A stretch of 64,000 nucleotides of DNA from Candidatus Omnitrophota bacterium. Lineage in GTDB: Bacteria; Omnitrophota; Gorgyraeia; 2-02-FULL-51-18. Both the position numbers and the translations under genes were made by a program. This document shows positions 8,555 through 17,986 of the stretch, piece after piece. Location: positions 931 through 64,930 of the forward strand of contig JACPWF010000036.1 in the NCBI GenBank assembly GCA_016197155.1. The letters are read 5' to 3'. How positions within the stretch are numbered: position 1 is the first letter of the stretch; every line of letters begins with the position of its first letter. The notes below the pieces were generated by a model. The model was not told the origin of the DNA and did no database searches. It saw only the letters and a program-made list of their open reading frames with translations.

Positions 8555-10397
8555 CGCTGTCAGGACCGCGCGGTTTTTATTGGGTCTTTTGCCCCTCGGC
8601 GCGGCGCTGGCCGCCGGCCGCGGAATTGGAAGCGCCGTTTACTTTTTTTCCAAAAGGCGGCGGATCATCCGTAAAAATCTGAGGGCCGCGTTTGCCGGAG
8701 AAAAATCGCCGCGCGAACTGCGCGCGATCGCGCGCGGCTCCGTGCAAAACCTCGTGATGGCCGCCGTCGAGGTGCTCCGTTTCCCCGAAATGGACGCGCG
8801 TTATCTCGAAGAACACGTGCGGATCACCGGGATCGAAAAATTTGAGAACGCCCTGGCGAAAGGCCGGGGCATCATTTTTCTGACGGGCCATTTCGGGAAC
8901 TGGGAATTGCTGAGCGTCCTCTCGGGCCTGAAAGGGTATCCGCTGGCGGCGCTGGCCCGTTCGCAAAAACACCCGCGGTCGGATGAGTATTTGAACCGTC
9001 TCCGCACGTCCAAAGGGACCCGGGTGATCCGGAAGGGCATGCCGGTGCGCGAGATTTTGCGCGCGCTCGAGGCCGGTCAGATCGTTGGCATGGTGGGCGA
9101 TCAGGATGCCGGGCGCACGGGCACGTTTGTCCGGTTTTTCGGCCGTTTGTCTTCGAGCCCTGCGGGGGCCGCCGCCTTTGCGATGCGGACGGGGGCCGCG
9201 ATCTTCCCGATCTTTGTTTTCAGGGAAAAAAATACCAATCATTGCGTGGAGATCGAGGAGCCGCTCGTTTTGCCGGACGCGTCGGTTCCGCCGGCCGAGG
9301 CCGAGCGCGTGATCCTGCAGCAGTTCGCGGATTTATTGGAAACCAAGATTCGAAAAAGTCCCTCCCAATGGCTTTGGGCGCACCGGCGCTGGAAATCCAC
9401 CCCCGACCGTTTTGTCGCGGTTTTGAGCGACGGCAAGGCCGGTCATTTGAATCAGTCTCTGGCGCTGGCCGAGGCGTTCGCCGCCGAGCGCGCGGCGATG
9501 GGCATCCCGCGCGAAAATACCCGCGTGAAACAGATACGGGTTTTGTATAAAAATAAATTTTTTGAAAATTTGGCCAAGGCCGTCGGGGCCGCGCACCCGT
9601 TTTTACTCACGCCCGAAACGGCGCGCGAAATCGAGCGGACCTACGCGGACCTCGTCATCTCCTGCGGGTCGTCGCTCGCGGGCGTGAACCATTTCATGAA
9701 ACGGCAAAACGCCGCCAAATCCGCGGTGGTGATGAAGCCCGCCGGCCCGCTCGGCCGCTTTGACGCGGTGATCGTGCCGCGGCACGACGGCCTGAACGCG
9801 CGGGAAAATGTGTTTGTGACCTCCGCCGCGCTTTCTTTGAAACCCGCGGGGGGTTCTTTCTCTCTTTCCAAGGATAAAAAACACATCGGCTTTTTGGTGG
9901 GCGGGGATTTGCCGAATGGGATCGCCGAGGCGATGAGCCGTGCCGGCGAAGAAACAGGCGCGCGATTGCTCGTGACCTCGTCACGAAGGACGCCCGCCTG
10001 GGCCGAGGCGCTTTTAAAAAAAACGTTCGGCGACAGGGAACGTTGTCCGGTTCTGGTCATTGCCAACGAATCCAATCCCCCCGGGGCGATGGGAGGGATT
10101 TTGAATCAATCGGACCTTTTTGTCGTCTCCGGCGAATCGGTGTCGATGGTTTCGGAAGCGGCGGCGCTGGGCAGGCCGGTTCTGGTTTTTTTGCCGTCAC
10201 CCCGGATCAAATTGAAACCCAAGATGAGGACCTTTTTAAACCATTTGTCCGAAGAAGGAAAAATTAAAATCGTCACGCCGGAAACTTTGCCGCAGGCGGC
10301 TCTCAGGGCGCTCGATGGCGCTTCGTGGAATGGAAATGCCCGCGGCGTTTCAAAGGACGCGGAAACCGTGAAGCAGGCCGTGAGAAGGATCCTCTGA
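8514..10397 (+). CDS. Fusion: lipid A late acyltransferase (LpxL/HtrB-like) plus ELM1/GtrOC1-family domain
   Basis: TGHFGNWE, DQ and QWLWAHRRWK acyltransferase motifs; then LSDGKAGHLNQS, IVPRHD, TSSRRTP, ESVSMVSEA typical of ELM1 family; start 8514 or 8517. Confidence 0.85.
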   Translation: MMKKISFEDALILNAVRTARFLLGLLPLGAALAAGRGIGSAVYFFSKRRRIIRKNLRAAFAGEKSPRELRAIARGSVQNLVMAAVEVLRFPEMDARYLEEHVRITGIEKFENALAKGRGIIFLTGHFGNWELLSVLSGLKGYPLAALARSQKHPRSDEYLNRLRTSKGTRVIRKGMPVREILRALEAGQIVGMVGDQDAGRTGTFVRFFGRLSSSPAGAAAFAMRTGAAIFPIFVFREKNTNHCVEIEEPLVLPDASVPPAEAERVILQQFADLLETKIRKSPSQWLWAHRRWKSTPDRFVAVLSDGKAGHLNQSLALAEAFAAERAAMGIPRENTRVKQIRVLYKNKFFENLAKAVGAAHPFLLTPETAREIERTYADLVISCGSSLAGVNHFMKRQNAAKSAVVMKPAGPLGRFDAVIVPRHDGLNARENVFVTSAALSLKPAGGSFSLSKDKKHIGFLVGGDLPNGIAEAMSRAGEETGARLLVTSSRRTPAWAEALLKKTFGDRERCPVLVIANESNPPGAMGGILNQSDLFVVSGESVSMVSEAAALGRPVLVFLPSPRIKLKPKMRTFLNHLSEEGKIKIVTPETLPQAALRALDGASWNGNARGVSKDAETVKQAVRRIL

Positions 10398-12481
10398 TGC
10401 GAATTTTACAAATTTTGCCCGAGCTCAAATCCGGCGGCGTCGAGCGCGGGACCGTGGACCTGGCGAAATATCTCCAGGCCAAAGGCCACAAGGCCTTTGT
10501 GGTCTCGGCGGGCGGCCCGCTTGTGGGCGACCTGACTTCGGCGGGGGTCATTCATTACGCCCTGCCGGTTCAAAAAAAATCCATTTTTGCCGTGATCCAT
10601 TCCGTCCGGGCGCTCACGCGGATCGTCCGCGAGCAGAATATCGACGTCATTCACGCGCGAAGCCGCGTGCCGGCGCTCGTGGCTTTTTTTGCCGGCCGCG
10701 CCACGCAGGTTCCGTTTGTCACGACCTGCCACGGGTTTTACAGCAGGCATTTTGCCAGCCGCGTCATGGGTTGGGGGAAATGCGTCATCGTGGCCAGCCA
10801 CGTGATCGGCAGGCGGATGCGGGACGATTTCGGCGTGCCGCACGGAAAGATCCGGCTCATCCCGCGCGGCGTGAATTTGAATGAATTCAAAATGCGTCCG
10901 GCCCCGCCCGAAACAAAAGACCGTCCGGTCGTGATCGGGCTCATCGGGCGTCTCACCCCAATCAAGGGCCATCCCTTGTTTTTGAAGGCGATGGCGCGCG
11001 TCGTGCGCGTTTTTCCGAACGTCAAAATTCAAATCATCGGCGACGCCCCCAAGCCGCAATATAAGGAAGAGCTTCTCGGTTTGGCCAGGCATCTGGGCCT
11101 GTCGGAGGCCGTGGAGTTTTTGGGCACGCGCTACGATATCCCCGAACTTCTTTCCGGCATGACGATGCTGGTCGTGCCGTCGGTGGGCGAGGAGGCCTTC
11201 GGGCGGGTGGCAATCGAGGCCGGCGCCTGCGGGGTGCCGGTGGTGGCCACGCGCATGGGGGGGCTCATCGATATTCTGGAGGACGAAAAAGACGGGCTTC
11301 TGGTCGGGCCCGATGACCCGCGGGTTTTGGCGGATGCGATCCTGCGTCTCTTGAAAAACCCGGAGCTTGCCGGGCGGCTCGTGGCCTCCTTCCGGCGAAA
11401 AGTGGAGCGGGAGTTTCATCTGGAGCGGATGTTCGAAAAAACCCTCGGGGTTTACGAAGAGGCCGTTTCCAAAAAAAGAATTTTGGTCATTAAAATAAGC
11501 GCGTTGGGCGACGTGATCCTGAGCGTTCCGTCCCTTCGGGCGATCCGGCAAAAATATCCGGACGCCTGGATCGCGGTGCTCGTGGGCCGCAAGTCGCGCA
11601 AGCTCGTGCGCAACTGCCCTTACCTCAACGACACGATCGTCTACGAAGAGAACGGCGGCCGTTACGGGGCCGCTTTTAAAATGGCGAGGCTTCTGGCCGG
11701 GGAGAATTACGACATCGTCGTGGATTTGCAGAATAACCGCCTGAGCCATTTCCTGGCTTTTTTCTGCGGCGCGCCGGTCCGCGCCGGACACCACAATCAC
11801 AAATGGTCGTTTCTCCTGAACCGCAAAGCGAAAGAGGCGGGCCCCGCCCTGCCTCCCATCGAGCATCAGTTCGCGGTTTTGAAACTTCTGGGGATCGACA
11901 CGCTCGATAAAAAACTGGAGCTGTGGACCCAGGCCGAGGAAGAGGAGCGCGTGCGCGCTTTCCTTCGGTCGTCGTGGGTGGCCCCGAGCCAGACGCTGGT
12001 CGGCATCAATCCGGGCTCCTCGCCGCGCTGGCCGACCAAACAATGGCCGGTTGAAAATTTCGCCGAGCTCTGCGATGAACTGGCCAAACGCAACATCCGC
12101 GTGGTGATCACGGGATCCTCGGATGACGCGGGGCTTGCCGAGACCCTGCTCGCCCAAACGCGCAACAAGCCGATCAACGCCGTGGGCAAGACGTCGATCA
12201 CGGAATTGGTTTCCCTCATCAAGCAGTGCCGGGTCTTTATCAGCTCCGATTCGGCGCCCATGCACATCGCCTCGGGCGTGGACGTGCCGCTGGTCGCGAT
12301 CTTCGGGCCCACGGATCCCAGGCGGCACCTCGTGCCGCCCGCGCGGGTCCGGGTTTTTTGGAAGGAGATTCAGTGCAGTCCCTGTTATCTCCGGAGTTGT
12401 CCGATTGGTCTGGTGTGCATGAAAAAAATCGAGACGCGCGAAGTTTTGGACGCGACGCTTCGTTTTTTGGGTGACCGGTGA
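10397..12481 (+). CDS. Fusion: GT4 glycosyltransferase plus GT9 heptosyltransferase (WaaF-like)
   Basis: MRILQILPELKSGGVERG and EAFGRVAIEA (GT4); RILVIKISALGDV, TKQWP and DSAPMHIA (GT9). Confidence 0.88.
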   Translation: MRILQILPELKSGGVERGTVDLAKYLQAKGHKAFVVSAGGPLVGDLTSAGVIHYALPVQKKSIFAVIHSVRALTRIVREQNIDVIHARSRVPALVAFFAGRATQVPFVTTCHGFYSRHFASRVMGWGKCVIVASHVIGRRMRDDFGVPHGKIRLIPRGVNLNEFKMRPAPPETKDRPVVIGLIGRLTPIKGHPLFLKAMARVVRVFPNVKIQIIGDAPKPQYKEELLGLARHLGLSEAVEFLGTRYDIPELLSGMTMLVVPSVGEEAFGRVAIEAGACGVPVVATRMGGLIDILEDEKDGLLVGPDDPRVLADAILRLLKNPELAGRLVASFRRKVEREFHLERMFEKTLGVYEEAVSKKRILVIKISALGDVILSVPSLRAIRQKYPDAWIAVLVGRKSRKLVRNCPYLNDTIVYEENGGRYGAAFKMARLLAGENYDIVVDLQNNRLSHFLAFFCGAPVRAGHHNHKWSFLLNRKAKEAGPALPPIEHQFAVLKLLGIDTLDKKLELWTQAEEEERVRAFLRSSWVAPSQTLVGINPGSSPRWPTKQWPVENFAELCDELAKRNIRVVITGSSDDAGLAETLLAQTRNKPINAVGKTSITELVSLIKQCRVFISSDSAPMHIASGVDVPLVAIFGPTDPRRHLVPPARVRVFWKEIQCSPCYLRSCPIGLVCMKKIETREVLDATLRFLGDR

Positions 12482-13242
12482 AAATCCCGCGGAAAAGAAT
12501 CATCACTCTCGCGGCCGCGCTTCTTTTTATTTTTGTCCTTCTCCCGATGGGCGCGGAGACACCGGTACTCATGTACCATCACGTGAGCGAAACCGCGGCC
12601 GAGCAAGGTTTAAACGTCGACCCGCAGGCCTTTAGCAGGCAAATGGAATTTCTCAAAGTCCACGGCTATCGCGTGGTGCCGCTCGGGGAACTTTTGAATG
12701 GAATCAAAGCCGGCAAACATTTTCCCGCCCGGACCGTGGCGATCACATTCGACGACGGCAACGTCGACAATTTCGAGAACGCCTTTCCCATTTTGAAAAA
12801 AATGAATTTCCCAGCCGCCATTTTCATGATCACCGACGACATCGGCAAATCGGGCCGGCTCTCCGAGGAGGACCTGAAAATCCTGGACTCTTCCGGGATC
12901 GAGATCGGCAGTCACACGGCGCATCACGCCTTTTTGCCCAATTGCGGTTTGGAGGAGGCCCGGGCCGAACTGCGCGATTCCAAATCGCGCCTCGAGACCC
13001 TCCTCGGACACCCCGTGACCCTTTTCAGTTATCCGGCGGGAGGGGTGACGCAGTCCGTCCGCGGGCTCGTGGAACAGGAAGGCTACGCCGGCGCCGTGAC
13101 GACCAATTACGGCAGAAAACGGCGCGACCCCTACGCCCTGCACCGCATCAAGATCACCGCCTCCGACGCGAACCTTTTCCGTTTTTGGGCGAAGACGAGC
13201 GGTTTTTATTTATGGGGCAAGCGGCGCGTGGAGATTGTTTAA
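12478..13242 (+). CDS. Polysaccharide deacetylase (CE4)
   Basis: N-terminal TM/signal; PVLMYHH, ITFDDG, IGSHTAHH, FSYPAG. Confidence 0.9.
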   Translation: MKIPRKRIITLAAALLFIFVLLPMGAETPVLMYHHVSETAAEQGLNVDPQAFSRQMEFLKVHGYRVVPLGELLNGIKAGKHFPARTVAITFDDGNVDNFENAFPILKKMNFPAAIFMITDDIGKSGRLSEEDLKILDSSGIEIGSHTAHHAFLPNCGLEEARAELRDSKSRLETLLGHPVTLFSYPAGGVTQSVRGLVEQEGYAGAVTTNYGRKRRDPYALHRIKITASDANLFRFWAKTSGFYLWGKRRVEIV

Positions 13243-13243
13243 A

Positions 13244-14275
13244 ATGAATGGAAACCCTCCGAAAAGAATTTTGATCGTGAATCAGAACTGGATGGGGGAT
13301 GTCCTTTTTTCGACGCCGGCCCTCCGCGCGGTCCGGAAAAAATTTCCGGAAAGTTTTATCGCGTGCCTGGTGCCTCCGCGCTGTGAAGCGGTCCTGCGCA
13401 ACAACCCTCACCTGAACGAAGTGATGCTTGCCGACGACCGCGCGCCTTTTCTTTCGCTCTGGGCGACGGCCCGCATCGTGGGGGCGATCCGGAAAAGACA
13501 TTTTGACAAGGCGATTTTTTTTCACCGTTCCAAAACAAAAGTTTTATGGACGCTCTTGGCCGGCGTGCCGGAGAGGACGGGCTACGCCGGATCCGCTCTC
13601 CGCTCGCGGTGGCTCACGCGCGCCGTGGCCCGGCCCGAAAAGCCCCCGCACAAAGTGGATTATTTTTTGAATCTCATCGGGCGGGACGGGATCGCGCCCG
13701 ACGGCCGGACGCTCGATTTTTATCCCGATCCCGCGGCGGAGGCGCGCCTGCGGATGCTCTTAAAGGAAGAGGGGGTCGACCCCGATTCGCCGTACGCGGT
13801 CCTGCACGCGGGAGGGAATTGGGAACTGAAACGCTGGCCGGTCGCGTCGTTTGTCCGTTGGATCGGGCTTTTTTTGAAAGAATTTCCGTGGCCCGTGATC
13901 CTGTGCGGCACCTCCGCCGAAGAAAAAATTTCAAACGCGATCCGGTCCCCCTTTCCGCCCGGGCGCGTGGTCTCGCTTTCCGGGAAAACGTCTGTCGACA
14001 CGCTCGCCCTTCTTTTAAAAAACGCGCGCGTGGTCCTCTCCAATGATTCGGGCCCGATCCATCTGGCGGCCAGCCAAAACGCCAGAATCGTGGGCCTTTT
14101 TGGGCCGACGGACCCCGCGCTCACGGGACCGGTGACTTCCGCGCCGGCCGTTATTTTGAGAAAAGACGTGGGCTGTGAATTGCCCTGCACTTTCCGCGCC
14201 TGCGATCACCGGGTCTGCATGGATTGGATCACGCCGGAGGAAGTGTTTGAAAGGACAAAAGAACTTTTAAAATGA
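13244..14275 (+). CDS. waaF: LPS heptosyltransferase II (GT9)
   Basis: RILIVNQNWMGDV, LKRWP, NDSGPIHLA, LFGPT. Confidence 0.85.
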   Translation: MNGNPPKRILIVNQNWMGDVLFSTPALRAVRKKFPESFIACLVPPRCEAVLRNNPHLNEVMLADDRAPFLSLWATARIVGAIRKRHFDKAIFFHRSKTKVLWTLLAGVPERTGYAGSALRSRWLTRAVARPEKPPHKVDYFLNLIGRDGIAPDGRTLDFYPDPAAEARLRMLLKEEGVDPDSPYAVLHAGGNWELKRWPVASFVRWIGLFLKEFPWPVILCGTSAEEKISNAIRSPFPPGRVVSLSGKTSVDTLALLLKNARVVLSNDSGPIHLAASQNARIVGLFGPTDPALTGPVTSAPAVILRKDVGCELPCTFRACDHRVCMDWITPEEVFERTKELLK

Positions 14276-16221
14276 AAATTCTTGTCGTCACCCTCTCCAA
14301 TCCGGGTGACGTGATCCTGACCCTGCCCGTTTTTCAGTCGCTGGCCCTGGCCTTTCCGGGCGCCGAGCTCCACGTGGTCACGGGCGAGGCCGGGCGCGTC
14401 GTGTTTGAAGCGGACCCCCGCATCCGAAGCCTCAGGGTTTACCAAAAAAAATCGAGCCTCTCCGAAAAATGGGGTCTCCTCAAAACCATCCGGGCCGAGC
14501 GTTTTGACCTCATCGTGGACTTGAGAAAATCGCTGATCGGCCTTTTGGGCGGCGCGCGTCTTCGAAACCGCTACCCCGATTTTTCGAAGAGAACGCTCCA
14601 TCGCGCCGAGCGGCATTTGAAAGTGTTGGGCGGCATTTGCCAAATCGCTCCGGGGGACCCCGGTTTTTTGAAAACTTCCGGGGGCTTGCCCTCCGAAGCT
14701 TCAGCGAAGGAGGGGCGGCTTCTCGTGGTCGCGGCGGTGGGCTCAAAGAGCGACATTAAAAAGTGGCCCGCCGAATATTACGCCGAGCTTTTGGATCGCC
14801 TGGCGATCGAAGACGGCTGTCGCGTGGTTCTCGTCGGGGATCAGAATGACCGCGCCGACGCGGAAAAAGTAAAACGCCTGATGAAAACCGAGCCGCTCGA
14901 TCTCTGCGGCCGGACGACGTTTGAAGAATTGAAAAACCTCATCGCGGGCGCCGCGCTCGTCGTCACCAACGACAGCGCCCCTCTCCACATCGCCGACGCG
15001 CTCGGCGTGCCGGTGCTCGCGATTTTCGGCCCGACGGATCCCCGGAAATACGGCCCGCGGCGGGGCACGAGCCTGGCCCTTCGCAAAGAGATTTTCTGCG
15101 CGCCCTGCGAAAAGGCCCAGTGCCGCTACGCGCACGAGTGCATGAGGGAGCTCGGGCCTCTCGAAGCGCACGCAAACGCCGCGCGGATCCTGGGCGGCGA
15201 ATCTCCGGCCGGGGATCTAAAAATTCTCGTGATTCGTCTCGACCGGATAGGGGATGTTGTCTTGTCCCTTCCGGCGATCGAAGCCATCCGCAACCGTTTT
15301 CCCCGCGCGTGGTTGTCCGTCATGACTCGGCCGTACACGCAAACGCTTTTTGAGGGGCACCCGCTCGTCGATGAGGTGATCCCTTATTTCTACGAAAAAA
15401 AGGGACGGCACGGCGGAATGCTCGGCGCTTTTCGTTTTGTGCGCGAAATCGCCCGGCGCCGTTTTGACATTGTTTTCATTCTGCATCCGGGCGCGCGCTC
15501 GCATCTTTTGCCGTATCTTGCCGGCATCCCTTACCGCGTGGGGTTTGGATCCTGCCTGCCGTTTTTACTCACGCACCGCGCGCCGGATCACCGCGCCGAG
15601 GGCCGCCGGCACGAAAGCCAGTACGCGCTCGACGTGGTCCGCGCGTTTGGGGTCGATCCCGATTTCAGTCCGGGCGCGGGCATCCCGGTCGGCGCGTACG
15701 ACGAGTCGGGTCTTTCTTTTCAGAAGCCGCTCGCGGCCATTCACCCGGGCGCCAGCTGTGTTTCCAAACGCTGGCCGAAAGAACGCTTCGCGCTTTTGGC
15801 GAAAAAATTAGAGGAGGAGCTCGGTTATCAGGTCGCCGTGGTCGGCGGCGAAGAGGAGACGGAACTGGGCCGCTACCTCCAATCGGCCGCCGATGGCCGT
15901 CTCGTGGATCTGACCGGGCGGCTCACTTTAAGACAACTCGCCGCATTTTTGAAACACTGCCGGATCCTCGTGTCGAGCGACTCCGGCCCCGTCCACGTGG
16001 CCGCCGCGGTCGGGACGCCGGTGGTGAGTATTTTTGGCCGGAACAAGGCGGGCCTGAGCCCGGCCCGTTGGAGGCCGCTCGGCGAGGGGCACGCCGTCAT
16101 TCAGGAAGATGCCGGTTGCGTCGTTTGCCTGGCCCACCGGTGCCCGATTGATTTTGAATGCCTGAAAGCGGTGTCCGTCGAGAATGTTTTCGCGCGCGCG
16201 GCGGAGATTTTGAAATCGTGA
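14272..16221 (+). CDS. Tandem double GT9 (heptosyltransferase-family) protein
   Basis: Two full GT9 units: KILVVTLSNPGDV..DSAPLHIA and KILVIRLDRIGDV..DSGPVHVA, each with a Cys-rich tail. Confidence 0.88.
   Translation: MKILVVTLSNPGDVILTLPVFQSLALAFPGAELHVVTGEAGRVVFEADPRIRSLRVYQKKSSLSEKWGLLKTIRAERFDLIVDLRKSLIGLLGGARLRNRYPDFSKRTLHRAERHLKVLGGICQIAPGDPGFLKTSGGLPSEASAKEGRLLVVAAVGSKSDIKKWPAEYYAELLDRLAIEDGCRVVLVGDQNDRADAEKVKRLMKTEPLDLCGRTTFEELKNLIAGAALVVTNDSAPLHIADALGVPVLAIFGPTDPRKYGPRRGTSLALRKEIFCAPCEKAQCRYAHECMRELGPLEAHANAARILGGESPAGDLKILVIRLDRIGDVVLSLPAIEAIRNRFPRAWLSVMTRPYTQTLFEGHPLVDEVIPYFYEKKGRHGGMLGAFRFVREIARRRFDIVFILHPGARSHLLPYLAGIPYRVGFGSCLPFLLTHRAPDHRAEGRRHESQYALDVVRAFGVDPDFSPGAGIPVGAYDESGLSFQKPLAAIHPGASCVSKRWPKERFALLAKKLEEELGYQVAVVGGEEETELGRYLQSAADGRLVDLTGRLTLRQLAAFLKHCRILVSSDSGPVHVAAAVGTPVVSIFGRNKAGLSPARWRPLGEGHAVIQEDAGCVVCLAHRCPIDFECLKAVSVENVFARAAEILKS
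14689..14714 (+). repeat. Second copy of the 26-nt palindromic element, inside the GT9 gene
   Basis: Exact match to 5358-5383, same frame (PSEASAKEG). Confidence 0.9.
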
Positions 16222-16955
16222 GAGCCTTTTTATTTTTATTCTTATTGATTCTAAAAAGTGCGGCGGCATTTTCGGCGGAGGAGAATTGTCCGGCGCTCAA
16301 AGTGGGGGAGCGTCTCGAGTTCGGCGTGTCGTGGATGGGGATCCCCGTGGGGACCGGGACGCTCGAGGTGAAGGAAAAAATCGAGGTTCGCGGCCGGCCG
16401 GCGATTCATTTGGTCGCCACCGCGCGCACGAACGATTTTTTGTCCAAAATTTATCCCGTGTCCGACGAGATCCACAGCTTCGTCGACGCCGAGAAATGGC
16501 GGTCTCTCGAATTCCGGAAAAAATTGAAAGAAGGCCGCTACCGCGCGGACGAGCGGATCGTTTTCGATTACGAAAAGCGGAAAGGTTTCTACGAATCTTT
16601 TTTGAACGGGGGTAAAAAGGAGATGGACATCCCCGCATCCGTGCAGGACCTTTTGAGCGCGTTCTACGCGTTTAGAATGAAACCCGTGAAAACCGGCGAC
16701 CGCGTGCACATGGAGGTGAATAGCGAGGAAAAAAATTGGGACCTCGAGCTCGATGTCCTGAGCCGCGAGGTCAAAGAGCTTCGCGGCGGGCGCGTGATGG
16801 AGACGTTCAAAGTCGAGCCCCGCACCCGCTTAAAGGGGGCGCTTCAGGCCCGCGGCCGCGCCTGGGTTTATTTCACCGCGGACGAAAAAAAGCTTCCGGT
16901 GTGGGTCACCCTCCAAACCCCGTTCGGACCCATCGTCGGCGTGCTTGCGGATTGA
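16218..16955 (+). CDS. DUF3108-like exported protein
   Basis: GTG overlapping upstream TGA; signal peptide; GERLEFGVSWMGI, QDLLSAFY, WVYFTAD..LPV pattern. Confidence 0.75.
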   Translation: MRAFLFLFLLILKSAAAFSAEENCPALKVGERLEFGVSWMGIPVGTGTLEVKEKIEVRGRPAIHLVATARTNDFLSKIYPVSDEIHSFVDAEKWRSLEFRKKLKEGRYRADERIVFDYEKRKGFYESFLNGGKKEMDIPASVQDLLSAFYAFRMKPVKTGDRVHMEVNSEEKNWDLELDVLSREVKELRGGRVMETFKVEPRTRLKGALQARGRAWVYFTADEKKLPVWVTLQTPFGPIVGVLAD

Positions 16956-16981
16956 CACTCCCGAATGGGGAGTGTTAAAAT
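16952..16981 (+). promoter_or_regulatory. Sigma70 promoter with 8-bp inverted repeat; likely leaderless hldE-kinase transcript
   Basis: TTGACA-18-TAAAAT with TG extension; ACACTCCC/GGGAGTGT at 16955-16975; ATG 6 nt after the -10 box. Confidence 0.65.
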
Positions 16982-16987
16982 CCTTTG

Positions 16988-17986
16988 ATGAAATTCCTCA
17001 ACTTTGCCCGTCTCAAGAGCGTCGTTTCCCGTTTCAGTCAAGCCAAGGTCCTCGTCGTCGGGGATCTCATTTTGGATGAATTCATCTGGGGAAAGGTTTC
17101 GCGCATTTCACCCGAGGCGCCGGTGCCGGTGGTGTGGGTCGATTCGGAAAATTTCATGCCCGGCGGCGCTTCGAACGTCGCCAACAACATCCGCTCCCTC
17201 GGCGGGGAGGTGTTTCTGGCGGGGGTGGTCGGGGACGACACGCGCGGCCAGGCCCTGCGGGATCTTTTGAAACAAAAAGGGGTCAACTGCGACGGCGTTT
17301 TTGTGGATAAAAAAAGGCCCACGACGCAAAAAACGCGCGTGATCGCCCACCATCAGCAGGTGGTGCGCATCGACCGCGAGGAATTGGAGCCGGTTTCGGA
17401 CGAGGCGCTCGACCACATCCTGGGTTTCATCCGCGGCAAAATGAAGGAAATCGACGCGCTCATCATCGAGGATTACGGGAAAGGGGTGGTCGTGCCGCGC
17501 CTGGTGCGGGAAATCGTGAGGCTCGCCAAGGCGCATAAAAAAGTGATCACGGTGGATCCCAAAGAGACGCACTTTTCTTATTACAAAGGGGTCACCACGA
17601 TCACGCCGAATCATCACGAGGCGGCCTCCGCGGTGGGGTTCGCGATCCAGGATGATTTCACGCTCGAAAAAGCGGGGAAAAAATTATTGGATAAATTGAA
17701 AGCCGAGACGGTGCTCATCACGCTCGGAGAAAACGGGATGTGCCTTTTCCGGCAGGGCAAGGCCCCGGAAAAAATTCCCACGGTCGCCCAGGAAGTGTTT
17801 GACGTTTCCGGCGCCGGCGACACCGTGATCGGCGCGTACACGCTCGCGCGCGCCTCGAAGGCCAGCCCGCCCGAAGCCGCGCACATTTCCAACTGCGCGG
17901 CCGGCATCGTGGTGGGCAAGGTGGGTGTCGCGGTCACGACACAGGAAGAGCTTCTCAAACGCATTAAAAAAGAGGTGAAAGGCTAG
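16988..17986 (+). CDS. rfaE1: Heptose-7-phosphate kinase (RfaE domain I)
   Basis: VVGDLILD, RISPEAPVPV, GGASNVA, DYGKG, DVSGAGDT. Confidence 0.93.
   Translation: MKFLNFARLKSVVSRFSQAKVLVVGDLILDEFIWGKVSRISPEAPVPVVWVDSENFMPGGASNVANNIRSLGGEVFLAGVVGDDTRGQALRDLLKQKGVNCDGVFVDKKRPTTQKTRVIAHHQQVVRIDREELEPVSDEALDHILGFIRGKMKEIDALIIEDYGKGVVVPRLVREIVRLAKAHKKVITVDPKETHFSYYKGVTTITPNHHEAASAVGFAIQDDFTLEKAGKKLLDKLKAETVLITLGENGMCLFRQGKAPEKIPTVAQEVFDVSGAGDTVIGAYTLARASKASPPEAAHISNCAAGIVVGKVGVAVTTQEELLKRIKKEVKG

Noticed and set aside
10406-12328. Long minus-strand ORFs (640 aa here; also 18632-20326, 29153-30601, 44053-45492, 52200-53330)
   Set aside because: Antisense shadows of well-supported + strand genes, expected from GC-rich codon bias; no recognisable motifs.
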